NCBI GenBank assembly: GCA_951406725.2
Contig: OX597816.1
Span: forward strand, 68,014,001-68,078,000
Direction: 5' to 3'
Length of the DNA: 64,000 nt
Source of the DNA: Octopus vulgaris
Lineage: Eukaryota
Of the stretch, positions 14,418 through 27,280 are shown one piece after another. The position numbers were made by a program, and so were the translations under genes. Numbering within the stretch: the stretch's first letter is position 1; each line of letters begins with the position of its first letter. The notes under the pieces were generated by a model, which saw nothing but the letters and a program-made list of their open reading frames with translations, was not told the DNA's origin and made no database searches.

Positions 14418-14644
14418 CACAGAGGGTTGGTCATAAGTGGCCCGAAAATAAATCAAAATTCCATAAACACTATCTGTAATTCTATATTCACTCAAATGGA
14501 GAAGTGTGTCGCTCAAGAAGGATTTCAGTTTGAACAATTTTCATGATGTTTCATATTTAGATGCTTTTATTAAATTCATTCAGTTGTTAAATACAAATAA
14601 ATCTTGTGTTTGATTTACTGTCAGGTGACTTTTGGCCAGTCCTG
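14418..14644. mobile_element. Degenerate Tc1/mariner-type MITE
   Basis: Imperfect TIRs cagagggttggtcataagtggcccga / tcaggtgacttttggccagtcctg in TA context. Confidence 0.55.
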
Positions 14645-14693
14645 TATATATATATATATATATATATACAACGACATCGAACCCACAAGAGTA

Positions 14694-14770
<77 letters not shown>

Positions 14771-15110
14771 GGCAGAAACAAGGAGAATGTCACTTGTATT
14801 TGAACACTATGCAAATATTCTTTTAAAAATAACTTTCTTTTAATTTTTCCCAAATTTAATTGTTTTTCATACTTACAGTTGAAAAGTCTCAATGACTGAA
14901 ACCGGTACTGAAATGTTTTTTATAAAATTATTTTAGCATTTTCTATCTTGACTTTTTTTTCTTTTGTATTGGAAGTCGCTTGACCCTGTTATCTCCCCTA
15001 CTGTCCCTCTCGCGTCTGACCACTGTCCGAAGTCAGGACGCCATGATAGATCGCTAGCTCCTACACGTATTTTTTCTCTCCTTGTTTCTCTCCTTGTTTT
15101 TTTCTGTGTA

Positions 15111-15148
15111 TCTTTCTGTCGAAGAGCGTAGGCTCGAAACATAAAAGA
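15111..15148 (+). ncRNA. Minimal type I hammerhead-like motif, A6U variant (copy 1) in a PLE-like terminal repeat
   Basis: TCTTT-CTGTCGA-A-GAGC(gtag)GCTC-GAAA-CATA-AAAGA; stems I and II perfect, G16.2 changed to A. Confidence 0.55.
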
Positions 15149-15260
15149 CTTTTTTCTATTTCTATTCCTGAGCGCTATATTAATACATTTGTTTGTTTGT
15201 ACTCCACCTCCCTTCGTCTTTTGTTTATTTTCGTAATCTTTCCCTATATATAGATAGATA

Positions 15261-15299
<39 letters not shown>

Positions 15300-15428
15300 C
15301 AATAATCAACTTTAATTTAAAGTTGTTTTCGCTATAAGAAGTGTCTCAGAGCCGAGTGCTTGTGCAACATCCTATAGCTTCCTCGGATCCTTTAAAATGA
15401 AGTATATGTTTATTTCAGAAAGCATTTA

Positions 15429-15824
15429 CAGTGATTCCTCGTTTATCGCGGTAGATTGGTTCCGAGACCGGCCGCGATAACTGAATTTCCGCGAAGTAGG
15501 GACACCATATTTACAGTATTCATTTAACGTGTATTTAGACTTTTAAAACCCTCTACTGTTACACGGGCCAGACTACAAAATAGAAAGCTGTGATTCGTCG
15601 TCTCTCTCCATTGCACAAATCACAGCCCGTCTTAAGTTCAAATACCTCTGTATATGCTTTTTTGTTTTTATACGCTTGTTTTGTTGTTCCTAGACTAGGA
15701 AATAATATTTATTATTAATATTTTAATGGATTTAATGAAAAATTTTAGGCGTTCATATATATATATATATTTTTAAAGTCGTGATTCCGCGATAGTTGAA
15801 CCGCGAAGTAGCGAGGGATCACTG
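15429..15824. mobile_element. pogo/Tigger-like MITE
   Basis: TA-CAGTGATTCCTCG...CGAGGGATCACTG-TA; TA TSD, subterminal ccgcgata/ccgcgaagta motifs. Confidence 0.85.
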
Positions 15825-16098
15825 TAATTCCTCTTATAGCAGAAACAACGTCAAGTTAGTTAGTTAGTTAGTTAAATTGGCTCAAAAGTTAACGACGTTG
15901 ATTACGTGACTCCTTTTTCCTTGTTATTCATTAATTAATATTATGTTCTCTATTCTGCTCTTTTAGGTATATGCATATTGAGTTCTAACAACTGGTTCTT
16001 ATTATCGTTATGTCTAAGGGAAATGATACGGGTGTGTGTGCGTGTGCGTGTCTGCGTGTGCATGCGAATGCGGTTTGGTAAAGATGGCCGATAATCTA

Positions 16099-17372
16099 CG
16101 AGGGGCGTTCAATAAGTAATGCCCCTGACCCACTTCCCATAGCAGTAGAGCAACGAAACTTGGCACAGTTATTAGTCTTTTTCTACATAGGAACCACCCA
16201 GAGTTACGCATTTCTCCCATCGTTTGATGCAGCTCTGAAGGCCATTTTTGTAGAAGACCCCAGCTTGGTCCTCCAACCACGACGTGACTTCAGAAATCAA
16301 GGCTGCTTCATCTGGGAAACGCTTTCCTTTCAAAAACAACTTCATGGTTGGGAAGAGGTGAAAATCAGAGGGTGCAGGTCAGGAGATGGGGGATGAGTTC
16401 ATAGCCGCACGCCTGTGCTTCTGATCTGGCGACAAGCGAGTTGTGGATCGGAGCGTTGTCCTGCAGGAGGAGGATGCCTTTGCTGATCTTGCCCCGCCTC
16501 TTGATTTTGATAGCTTCTCTTAATTTCCTCAAAAGTGAAGCATAATAGACTCCTGTAATTGTGGCACCCTTTGCCAAGAAATCTGTCATCACTACTCCGT
16601 CCTGGTCCCAGAAGACTGTGAGCATGACCTTGCCAGCGGAGGGCTGCACCCTTGCCTTCTTTGGAGGAGGTGAGTCACGGTGCTTCCACTGCATTGACTG
16701 GGCTTTGGTCTCTGGATCATAGTGATGGACCCAGATTTCATCCTGTGTAATCAGTCTTTTGAAAAATTTTGACTCATCTTCTTGGCACATCTTCAAATTC
16801 ATCCTCGCGCAATCGACGCGTTCTTGCTTCTGGAAAGGTGTGAGCAGCCTGGGAATCCATCTGGCAGACACCTTTTGCATATGCAAATGGTCATGAATGA
16901 TAGTTTCCACAGACCCGGTACTAATCTTGACATCATGGGCTATTTGGCGAATAGTTATGCGTCGACCTTCCAAAATGGCAGCCTCAACTTGACGGACAGA
17001 TGCTTCATCAATGGCAGAAGGGGGCGACCAGATCTGGGAGCTGTTTCCACAAAGTTCCGACCATGTTTGAATTCACGATGCCAGCGTTTTACAAGGTCAT
17101 ATGATGGGGCATCATCACCATAAGTTACTTTTATTTCATCAAAAGTCTCCCGTGGTGTGCGTCCTTTCAAATACAAAAACCGCATCACTGCTCGACACTC
17201 AACAGGCTCCGTTTCACACTTGACTCAGTTCAAACACCTGTAAATCAGAAACCACAATTAGTTCAGAGCTGTAATTTGCCACTTAATCTATAGAGATATA
17301 GGCAATTGCATATGCAAAACATGCAAAACAACTGGAAGTGGGTCAGAGGCATTACTTATTGAACGCCCCTCG
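16099..17372 (-). mobile_element. Full-length mariner DNA transposon
   Basis: 39-bp TIRs (cgaggggcgttcaataagtaatgcc[c/t]ctgacccacttcc, one mismatch), TA TSD at 16097-98 and 17373-74, 1274 bp. Confidence 0.97.
16172..17212 (-). pseudogene. Mariner DD34D transposase pseudogene
   Basis: WIPRLL, ITQDEIW, LQDNAPIH, SPDL(A)PSDFHLF, CVTLGGSYVEKD*; start codon is ACG, frameshift near 17020, deletion of PPY near 16385. Confidence 0.95.
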
Positions 17373-17674
17373 TATGTACTAGGCATAAAAATAAGTAATG
17401 GAATCGATTTATTTGACTGAAGCCTTCAAAGCTATGCCTCAATATGGCCGCAGTCCATTGACTGGTACTTTTTGGTTATCTCCGTCGACAAAAAAGATTG
17501 CTTAACCCTCAATAAAACAAAAACAAAAACAAAAAATGAAAAAAATTAATAAACATAAAAAAGTGAAAAGATGAAACATCGTTTTGAATCTGATAATCTT
17601 TTTTATAACAAATCATACAAAACTGAAAAAATTAATAAACATGAAAACTGAAAAAATTTAACATCTTACTGAAT

Positions 17675-18104
17675 CTCTTTACTCTTTTTACTCTTTTACT
17701 TGTTTCAGTAATTTGACTGTGGTCATGCTGGAGCACCGCCTTTAGTCGAATTAAATTGACCCCAGGACTTATTCTTTGTAAGCCTAGTACTTATTCTACC
17801 GGTTCTCTTTTACCGAACCGCTAAGTTACGGGGACGTAAACACACCAGCATCGGTTGCCAAGCGATTTTGGGGGGGGGGGGACAAACAGACACACAAACA
17901 TATACACACACATAATATATAATATATATACATATATATATATACATATATACGACGGGCTTCTTTCCAGTTTCCGTCTACCAAGGGTTTGGTTGGCCCG
18001 AGGCTATAGTAGAAGACACTTGCCCAAGGTGCCACGCAGTGGGACTGAACCCGGAAGCATGTGGTTGTTAAGTAAGCTACTTATCACACAGCCACTCCTG
18101 CGCC
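17675..18104 (-). mobile_element. Full-length SINE family A
   Basis: Reverse-complement match to the family consensus. Confidence 0.92.
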
Positions 18105-18520
18105 TATCTGATAATATTATTATAACATATCATACCATGCCTATCGACTGCATGTATATGGGGCGTTATGTTAGGGATCAGTCTTTGGTCGTTGTTGTTA
18201 GATGATTCTCTTTTGGATGTCGTCTCGAATATCTGTGTAGCAGTAGTACAAGGACATCCTAGACGACATCCAAGGACAGGAGCAGTACTTCACTAAGAGC
18301 CTTATTCAGCTGTGCAGAGAGTCAGCAGCTGATCGAGGCTAAAGTATTTCGTGGCTCTGAAGAAGAATGAGGATCATTGCATTTTAACACTGAAGAAGAA
18401 TGATAATCATTGCAGAGCAGATATGAATGTGAAATTTCTTGGATAACAACAACAACAACAACAAGATTAACAATAATTGTTTGTAATATAGATATAATTA
18501 GTGTTGAATGAACTGTTGTT

Positions 18521-18800
18521 GGTTTCTGTAACAAGTGTCTTTTTTACGTGCATAGGGTGTTAACCTATAGCACAACCCCCGAATCTGGAGGGCCGATGTG
18601 TAGGACAGGCACTTGACTGGAATCCGCTGGGGAAAAGGAAGCGAGGGACTCCCGAAGCAGACATGGAAGCATTTTGGACGAGCTCAGGACCACCGGCCTG
18701 ACATGGAAGCAGCCAAGAAACACGCCAATGACCGCAAAACGTGGAAAACAACTGTTGAGGCCCTATGCCCCACAAGGGGCAAAAAAGGATTAAGAAGAAT
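18521..18800 (+). mobile_element. RTE-clade LINE 3' end with an inverted 5' piece
   Basis: RQALDWNPLGKRKRG..PKQTW...TGLTWEAAKKHANDRKTWKTTVEALCPTRG (joined across small indels) followed by taagaagaa; 18521-18594 reads on the minus strand like an RTE 5' leader. Confidence 0.8.
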
Positions 18801-19018
18801 ATAGATATAATACCAGAAATTTTTCCAATACAATCATTAAAATTTGTGAAAATGTTATCGATTGTGGAAACACGAATGAAGACTTTAAACGGAGTTGAAC
18901 CAGTAACCTATGACTTGTGGGACATAACTTGCCATTTTATCTGCATTAGCACCGGCAGAGGAATGGAAATGTTTCTGGTCAGTAATTATAGGAATAATGT
19001 CAGACTGACACGGTAGAT

Positions 19019-19069
<51 letters not shown>

Positions 19070-19083
19070 TGAGTGTGCGAGTG

Positions 19084-19139
<56 letters not shown>

Positions 19140-19238
19140 AAGAAAGAGGAAGCGGATGAAAACGATAATGAAAAGAGGTGAATTAAAGTACTGAAATTTT
19201 TAACCAGGATAATTGCGACATTTGTATAAATATGTATG

Positions 19239-19270
<32 letters not shown>

Positions 19271-19618
19271 TGTATGTATGTATGTATGTATGTATGTATG
19301 TATGTATGTATGTACGTAGTATGTATGTATTATGTATGTATGTATGTATGTGTGTATGTATGTAATTATGTATGTATGTATGTATGTATGTATGTATGTA
19401 TGTATGTAGGTATGCATGTATGTATGAATGCACTTACCCATGTGCACGGACAACAGACATGCACACATACATATATACGTATATTATACCCGTATAAAAG
19501 TGTGAGCATGTATAATATATATATATATATACATACATATACACGCACACACATATATATATACATATGAATATATATATACAATATCAATATTTCTAGT
19601 CATAGAAACAGAGGGATA

Positions 19619-19705
<87 letters not shown>

Positions 19706-19709
19706 ATGC

Positions 19710-19746
<37 letters not shown>

Positions 19747-20613
19747 CCTGTCAATATGTTTGCTTATGCTTGTGTGTGTACGTGCCTGAATGTGTCTTTC
19801 TTCCTACCTATCCTACTTGCGTACAAACATACATATACATATATAGTCAAACACTTTATCACACACGCTTATGGTTTTATATCAATATACACGCACACAC
19901 ATATATACATACATACGTGCGTACATACATACATACATACATACATACATACATACATACATACATACATACATACATACATACATACATGCATACATAC
20001 ATACATAAGTACACTGTTTGCCTGCAGCTGGTTGGTGGACGCGCTGTCTACCATAACGCCGTAATTGTGACAGTTACGCTTAAATTTATGTGAACACACG
20101 TCTGTGATAGTGCGCTTCGCATTGAAGCGAAGATGGATAGTCGAGAGCTTTTACTTTTTTTTTACCCTTTCGGTTGTTCTTTGTTTTATTTTTGATTTTT
20201 GTGGGTTTTTTTCTCCCTTTTATATCTTGTATTTTTACAGTCATTGTCGAAGAACATAGCGGCACACATGACACGTGCCAACGACAAGCCACCTAAGACC
20301 ACGTTTAACACGTGTAGATATCTGATTAAATTTCGCTTCTTGGATGTCTATCACCAACCACTTGTAAACAGTTTAGCCTTTCTACAACTCTACACGTGTA
20401 TCAGATAAATCGCTTCGTCCTTGTCCTTTACTTGAATTTTATAATTCAGTCCATCCATCCATCCATCCATCCATCCATCCATCCATCCATCTATCCGTCC
20501 GTCCGTCCGTCCGTCCGTCCGTCCGTCCGTCCGTCATCCAGTCTATCTTATAGACTGTTTATCTATCTATATCACCCCTGTGTTTAGCCCTCCGTGGCCA
20601 ATAAAGAAATCTC

Positions 20614-20706
<93 letters not shown>

Positions 20707-21027
20707 TTCGAAACACTGGAAGGGCCACGACGAGGCCTCGCGACTTGCTAGAGACTGTTGCCATATCTCCTCACAAATCCGACCACTAACCTCTGTATAG
20801 ATTGGACACTGTAGTTATAAGCATACAAAAAGATGGAATTGTCACGGCCACAATAACCTTTGATCGTCGGTCAGCACGATATGGACTTATAACTAGGGCT
20901 TTAAAAACCATAAGCTTATATAAATAGAATGTTCCTTGTTCAAGGATAGAACACTTTGCTCTGTGCAGGTGTCGAAAACACGGTCTTAGGATCCTGAGCT
21001 CAATACCCTAACCGCTAAGCCACGCGC

Positions 21028-21080
<53 letters not shown>

Positions 21081-22138
21081 CACACGCACGCACAAACACA
21101 CACACTCGCACGCACACACACACGTACACACACACGCACGCACACATACACACGCACACACGCACACGCACACACACACATATACACACACGCGAACATC
21201 GTCGGTGGTTTTTGCTGATCGAGAATTACAATTTCTTTTTGATTGAATGACTCCTCCATGTTGATGGCGTTGATGATATCGAGAAGACCAATCCTCGCAC
21301 GAAGCAAGCGGGAGCAAAGATACCACCAGGCGGGCCGCACTACCAAAATAATTGAAAGTAATTTTTCGTTTAGGAGTACTTTTTAAAAATTCCTACGTAG
21401 ACGCTTCTCTCATTCGCTTTGTATATTTGTATTTAAAGAGTGAAGAAATGCTCAAGACCTTGCTATGAAATGAAGCCCTGGAAATAGCCCCAAGTTATTC
21501 GTAGGACAGCGCGAGTATCGACCAGTCGTCATAGTTTTCTACTCTGCAACGTAACCCATATCTACACATTAGAGCAATCAAATAGAAAATTCGTCTTAAT
21601 TGACATATGGCGAGCCAGTTAACATACTGGGAATAATTAGTTAGAGTACAACAATTTAGGAATTACCAACACAGCATGAAAATTAAAACAGTAATTAGTT
21701 AAGCTAAACTGCATTTTCCCGGCGTCACTGTGGTAGGTTAGAACTTGGACGAAAATTCATAAAATTTCAAAACCCTTGTCGTTGTTTAACCCCAGGACAC
21801 TCCTGTTCAAGCGGGCTTATGATTAAAAGCATTCCACCCGTGATATTATTCAATCTGCCTTCCTTTTTTTCAGGCTGTAGCCAGCGGTTTGTTCGAGCGG
21901 ACTTATGATGAAAAGCATTGTAATCGTAACCAATACATCTTTTATTCCGACGTAATAAATATCCAGGGTTACATAGTTCATAAGCCTTTCCTTTAATTTT
22001 CGTTTTAAACAGTCGAGTGTGAATTGCTGCTAATGTTTAACTCCATGCACACCAGTAAAGAAAAGCAGTTTAATCGTGATCATCCCGACTTTTATTCCGA
22101 CATAATGTATCAACGATTCGACGCAATGTATCTAGGAT

Positions 22139-22298
22139 CAGGGCCGACTCTAGGGTTGCTGGCGCCCCGGACAAGCTGAACTTCAGCGTATAGAAGGTCG
22201 TGGAAATTTCCTTGTCTTTGTCACGCCTTCTTTGGCAACCCCTAGCACATGGCGCCCCGGGCGACTGCCCGAGTTGTTGGTACCTTGAACCGGCTCTG
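22139..22298. mobile_element. hAT-type MITE
   Basis: Termini CAGGGCCG...CGGCTCTG with perfect 8-bp TSD tctaggat on both sides. Confidence 0.9.
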
Positions 22299-22811
22299 TC
22301 TAGGATTACATTATTCACTCCTATTTCTTAAGTTTGTTGTGTGTGAATGGAAGGATGTTTACCTGCTATTCCTAGCACGTCGAGTCGCCGTGTCAACACG
22401 CTCTCATTTGTTTGATTGTTGCTACAGCTAATTTATGGTATATTTTTCGTTCATATCTCAGTAACAATATACCCCTCTGCGAAAAGGTCTCAGAATTTTA
22501 ATTGATTTGCTTTTCGCAGGAAGGAAAGTTTCTTGTCGAAGATACGTCTCGCTTTTATCCTTCGAAACGTAGAGTAGATGAAACCTTAGCGACAGAAGAA
22601 GGGGTTTTTTCGTTGTGTTAATTGTCCTGTACTCCATTTTTTGTTGTTTTTAAAAAAATGTCCAGTTCCTTTGGTTTGTGTCTATGTTTTCGTTTCTCTT
22701 TGTGTTCGACGTCCCTTTGGTGTCCTGTACTCATATATGCGTGTATATGTACATGTAGAAGTAGGTACGTACATATATGTTTATATATATGCATATGTTT
22801 TATTTCATTTA

Positions 22812-22862
<51 letters not shown>

Positions 22863-23114
22863 GTATATATATATGTATATACTCGTATGTATGTATGTGT
22901 ATCTGAGTGTGTGTGTGCATGTGCATATTTTAAACATAAATATACCTCGATTGAGTGGATTTTCCGAATTCTAGAAGGACCAGACACCATAAAAGTTGAT
23001 AGAATTTTAGTCTAGAAACGTTCTTCTTAATATCCAGAAAAGAAATAACACGAAAAAAAAAAAATGAAATAATAGAATTAAAACAAAGAACTGGATTTTT
23101 CTGTCAACTGTAAA

Positions 23115-23190
<76 letters not shown>

Positions 23191-24564
23191 TAAGTCACTT
23201 CTTTAGCTAACAACTCACCTAGTACACGATACTCTCTAATTTAGTTTACAAGGCTAGCAATTTTGAGGGCTGCAGTACTTGAGTAGTATTTTATTTAATC
23301 GCCCCCACCCAAAAGGATGGAAGTCAAAGTCGGCCATGACGGGATGTGAATTCAGAATATAAAAAATGTCGGAGCGAACAATGCGAATCATTTCTTCCGA
23401 AGCGCTAACGATTCTGCCTGTTTGCCGCTTTATTTTGGCTTGTACACAATGTCTACGCAGTTTATATAATAGCATTGCACGCATTCTTTTAATCATTCAT
23501 TTGTTTCAGTCAATTGACAGTCGCCATCCTAGGACACCGCCTTGACGATTTTTGTCGGTCAAATCGACCTTACTACTTATTTTAAAGTCTGCTTCTTATT
23601 TTATCGGTGACTTTTTCCTGAACCTGTAAGTTAAGAGGCGTAAACCGAAAAAGAAAATGCCGGTAAGCATTTCGTCTGTTGCACTAATAATCCTTTCTAC
23701 TACAGGCACAAGGCCTGAAGTTTTTGGGAGGGTAATAAGTGATTACATCGACATCAGTACTAAGCACTTATTTCATCAAACCCGAAAGGATGAAAGGCAA
23801 AAATCAACCTCGGCGGAATTTGCACTCAGAACATAAATTCGAACTAAATGCCGCTGAACAATTTGCTTGGCCTGCTTACGGTTCTGCCAGCTCGCCGCCT
23901 TAATAGCAAAGCTTGTATTAATTTTCCTATTATAGGCACAAGGCCTATTATAAAGCCTGTAACAATGGAATTAACGCACGCTTTTGATCTTGCTTACAAA
24001 TCAAAAGGAAAGCTCTGTCATGACAAGTTACGTGTATTACAGGCTTCTGATTTCTCAGAATTACGGCTGGTTTAATTTTATTGAGCACGGCACTTTGCTT
24101 ACCACATTTTTAATCCTCACCTTCTTATATAAGAAAAAAACGCTAGTAAATGCATATAACAGTGAAAGTCATTGGCAGCATAAAGAAATGGAATATTTTT
24201 CTTTTGCTCTTTTGACTGGGAGGGAAGGGACATCTGTATCATCTTAATGAATGGGCACTCTGGGAAGTTTCCCCTGGGTCCCCATAGGTCTGGGGGGCCC
24301 AATTTTGATCTATGTATGCTGTGGATTGCTGTGAATAAATAAATACTATGAGGCCCTGTGCACTAATTTGCATTGTGGACTATAATGCTGTTAAGAGGAT
24401 CATGCAGGACATATCCATTACCATTTGTGTTTTTCAGGGCTTCTGAGGCTGATGGGGAGAAGGACGGAAATCATCTTCAAATAATAGCAACAGAGTGAAC
24501 TCCGCAAAAGTTCATCAAGGATCAGATGGTAGTATTAAACGAGGAGACGGATTATCTCTACCAT

Positions 24565-24612
<48 letters not shown>

Positions 24613-24988
24613 CATATATATATATATACATGTGGGTGTGTGACTGAGTTAGTACTTGTTAGTACTACATCCGTAACTTAGCGGTTTAAGAAAGACACCA
24701 ATAAAATAAGCACCAGAATTTTAAAAAAAAATGTACTGGGGTCAATTTTATTCGAGTAACCCCTTCAAGGCGTACTCCAGCATGGCCATTGTCCAAAGAT
24801 CAAAGCAAGTAAAGGTTAAAAGATAAAAGAATTGTATTGTCCTTCGTTTTCATTTACTGTTTAGAATGAGGAGATAAACTGATGCCATGTTGTTAGTATT
24901 TCTATCATGGGAAAAAACCAAAACTTGATGATGTTAAATCACCATTGTTTCAGAACTGTTCTCCATTTCGAGCCAATGTGAGTGATCC

Positions 24989-25490
24989 ATGAGGTCGTTC
25001 GATCTCTTAGAAGAAGGAATCATTTCTCCCTCAGACCTTACTCTATTGTTTAAAAAAATAAGTCATTCTGTTATATTAGTTTTAGATATACAATGGATGA
25101 ATGAAAAAAAAACTCCAAAAAACGAGCAATTCTCGGCATCTATGAAATCGTTCGAACTCTCAGAAGGAACAACCATTTCTTTCTTAGACCTTACAATACT
25201 GTTTTAAAAAAAGCAAGTCATTCTGTTGTATTAATCCTAGACGCACAATGGCTGAATGAAATAAAACCCCAAACCAGCTGTTCCTGGCATCTATGAGGTC
25301 GTTCAATCACCTAGAAAGAGCAACCATTTCTCCCTCAGACCATTCTGCACTGTTAAAAAGAAAAAAAAATTCATTGTGTTATATTAGTTCTAGACACACA
25401 GTAGCTAAATGAAAAAATGAAACGAGCTGTTCCCTATTTGAATATCTTTGTTCATTGATTTACTCAACCAGGGCTGACCTAGGGTTAAAT
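24989..25490 (+). repeat. Three tandem about 152-bp diverged units of an old dispersed repeat
   Basis: atgaggtcgttc...catttctccctcagacc...gtcattctgtt units start near 24989, 25142 and 25293; related single copies near 14215, 20735, 46730 and 54885. Confidence 0.8.
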
Positions 25491-26440
25491 TATCATATCA
25501 TCATTCTTAGTACTGTCAGCATATCAGACAATATCGGACATGGGCAACCATTTTCGGGAAGCGGGCCGCATGAGACATGGCTCATTATCAGGCGGGCCGC
25601 ACTGCTAAGAAAATTGAAGCGGACCGCTGGTTGCCCGAGACTGCTATATTATCTAGTGATAACATCTGTGAATTACTCTCTAACAGTTGAGGCTCGTGAA
25701 GTAAAGAAAAAAGTACAAAGCAAAACAATAACAAAAAGAGAAAAGAGATAAGCGGATTAGAAAAGTAAAAAGCAATAGAGCACACGTTACAAATGAGAGT
25801 GGGGTGGTGTCCATTGATTTGAAAAACCTCAATGAATCAAGTGAGTGAGTGAGAGAGAGATAATAGGCTGGGTCAGTTAAGAAGTATCGGAAGAAGGGGA
25901 GATTAAAGGTTTACTCCTATTTTTCGTCAGAAAACCAGTAGATGAAGGTACTGAAGTAGTTAGTTACTCAGCACAATAGGAGGAACGCTACCGAATTATT
26001 TTAATTTTTCCTTTTTTTTTTTTTATTTCTTTAACTATACTGCCACCTGGCCCCTGGGACTTCGCCGGTTTCAAGTAAATGAGAGCCATCTTCCTTTTAT
26101 AGAACAAACATAAATCTATCGGAGATTACTTTTCCCTTAGCAGAAGCTGCCTTTTTATAAACGTCCGAAATTTAACGAGACACTCGTTCGTTTTTCAATG
26201 CTGACGCTGCTCACCTACATATGGTTAACAAGGTAATGATTAAATACGATCCAACCACAAACAATTGATTTTATTTTCAGACCTTTTCTTTTTAAGAAAG
26301 TTAGGATCTTGTAAAATTTCTACCAACCACTTTTAAATTTTCACCTGATTATTTTCTAAAGTATAGATGTGATGTAGTTGTGCGTGGTGATGACGAAAAT
26401 TGCATTCATTTTTTTTTCTCGAAATTAATAATAAAAGATT

Positions 26441-26756
26441 ACGGAGATGTACTCGCATAGCAAGTAATTTGATCTGAGATCGTGTGCTGAAACGAAAACA
26501 ATTGCAGCGTGGGAGGTGTTTATAAGCCATTTAAGAAACACACAAAAGCCGTTCGATTCACTCCAACATTTAAGTTTAATTTGTCAAAATATTTTCGTCG
26601 CTAAAATCCGCGACCTGTTCACTGACCTGCTGCATCACCGTGATGCAGCACGGACTTGTCAGTGAACAGGTGCGATTTGAGAAAATGCAAATGTTGGAGT
26701 GAATCGAACGGCTTTTGTGTGTTTCTTAAATGGCTTATAAACACCTCCCACGCTGC
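26441..26756 (-). mobile_element. Young foldback insertion (PLE-like) with 14-bp flanking direct repeat
   Basis: About 71-bp perfect inverted arms (26501-26571 / 26689-26759), inner inverted blocks, aataataaaagatt at 26427-40 and 26757-70. Confidence 0.8.
26583..26626 (-). ncRNA. Minimal type I hammerhead-like motif with G3-C8 covariation
   Basis: GTCA-GTGAACA-G-GTCGC(ggatttta)GCGAC-GAAA-ATAT-TT-TGAC then ATTAAA. Confidence 0.65.
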
Positions 26757-26887
26757 AATAATAAAAGATTTACAAGCATTTAAAGTTATGTAATTTTAGC
26801 CAATCAGAAGTCTTCAGTCTGATGAAAAAATTTTCATCTGATGAAAATTTGAAATACTCAAGTAGTTGGAAAAAATTTAACAGGATA

Positions 26888-27038
26888 AGCGCAGGAGTGG
26901 CTGTATGGTAAGGAGCTTGCTTACCAACCACATAGTTCCGGATTCAGTTCCCCCGCGTGGCACCTTGGGCAAGTGTCTTCTACTATAGCCTCGGGCAGAC
27001 CAAAGCCTTGTGAGTGGATTTGGTAGACGGAAACCGTC

Positions 27039-27084
<46 letters not shown>

Positions 27085-27280
27085 GTGTCAGTGTTTGTCC
27101 CTTACCATCGCTTGACAATCGATGTTGGTCTGTTTACGTCCCTGTAACGTAGCGGTTCGGCATAAGAGACCAATAGAATAAGTACTAGGCTTACAAAGAA
27201 TAAATCCTGGGGTCGATTTCTTCGACTAAAGGCGGTGCTCCAGCATGGCTGCAGTCCAATGAATGAAACAGATAAAAGAA
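26888..27280 (+). mobile_element. Full-length SINE family A
   Basis: Head, internal (TA)n and tail as in the other copies. Confidence 0.9.

Noticed and set aside
18356-18440. CTGAAGA duplicated motif as a ribozyme
   Set aside because: It is a 33-bp local duplication without the required stems.
26818-26870. Hammerhead from CTGATGA...GAAA
   Set aside because: Stem III does not end in a valid NUH and there is no stem I.
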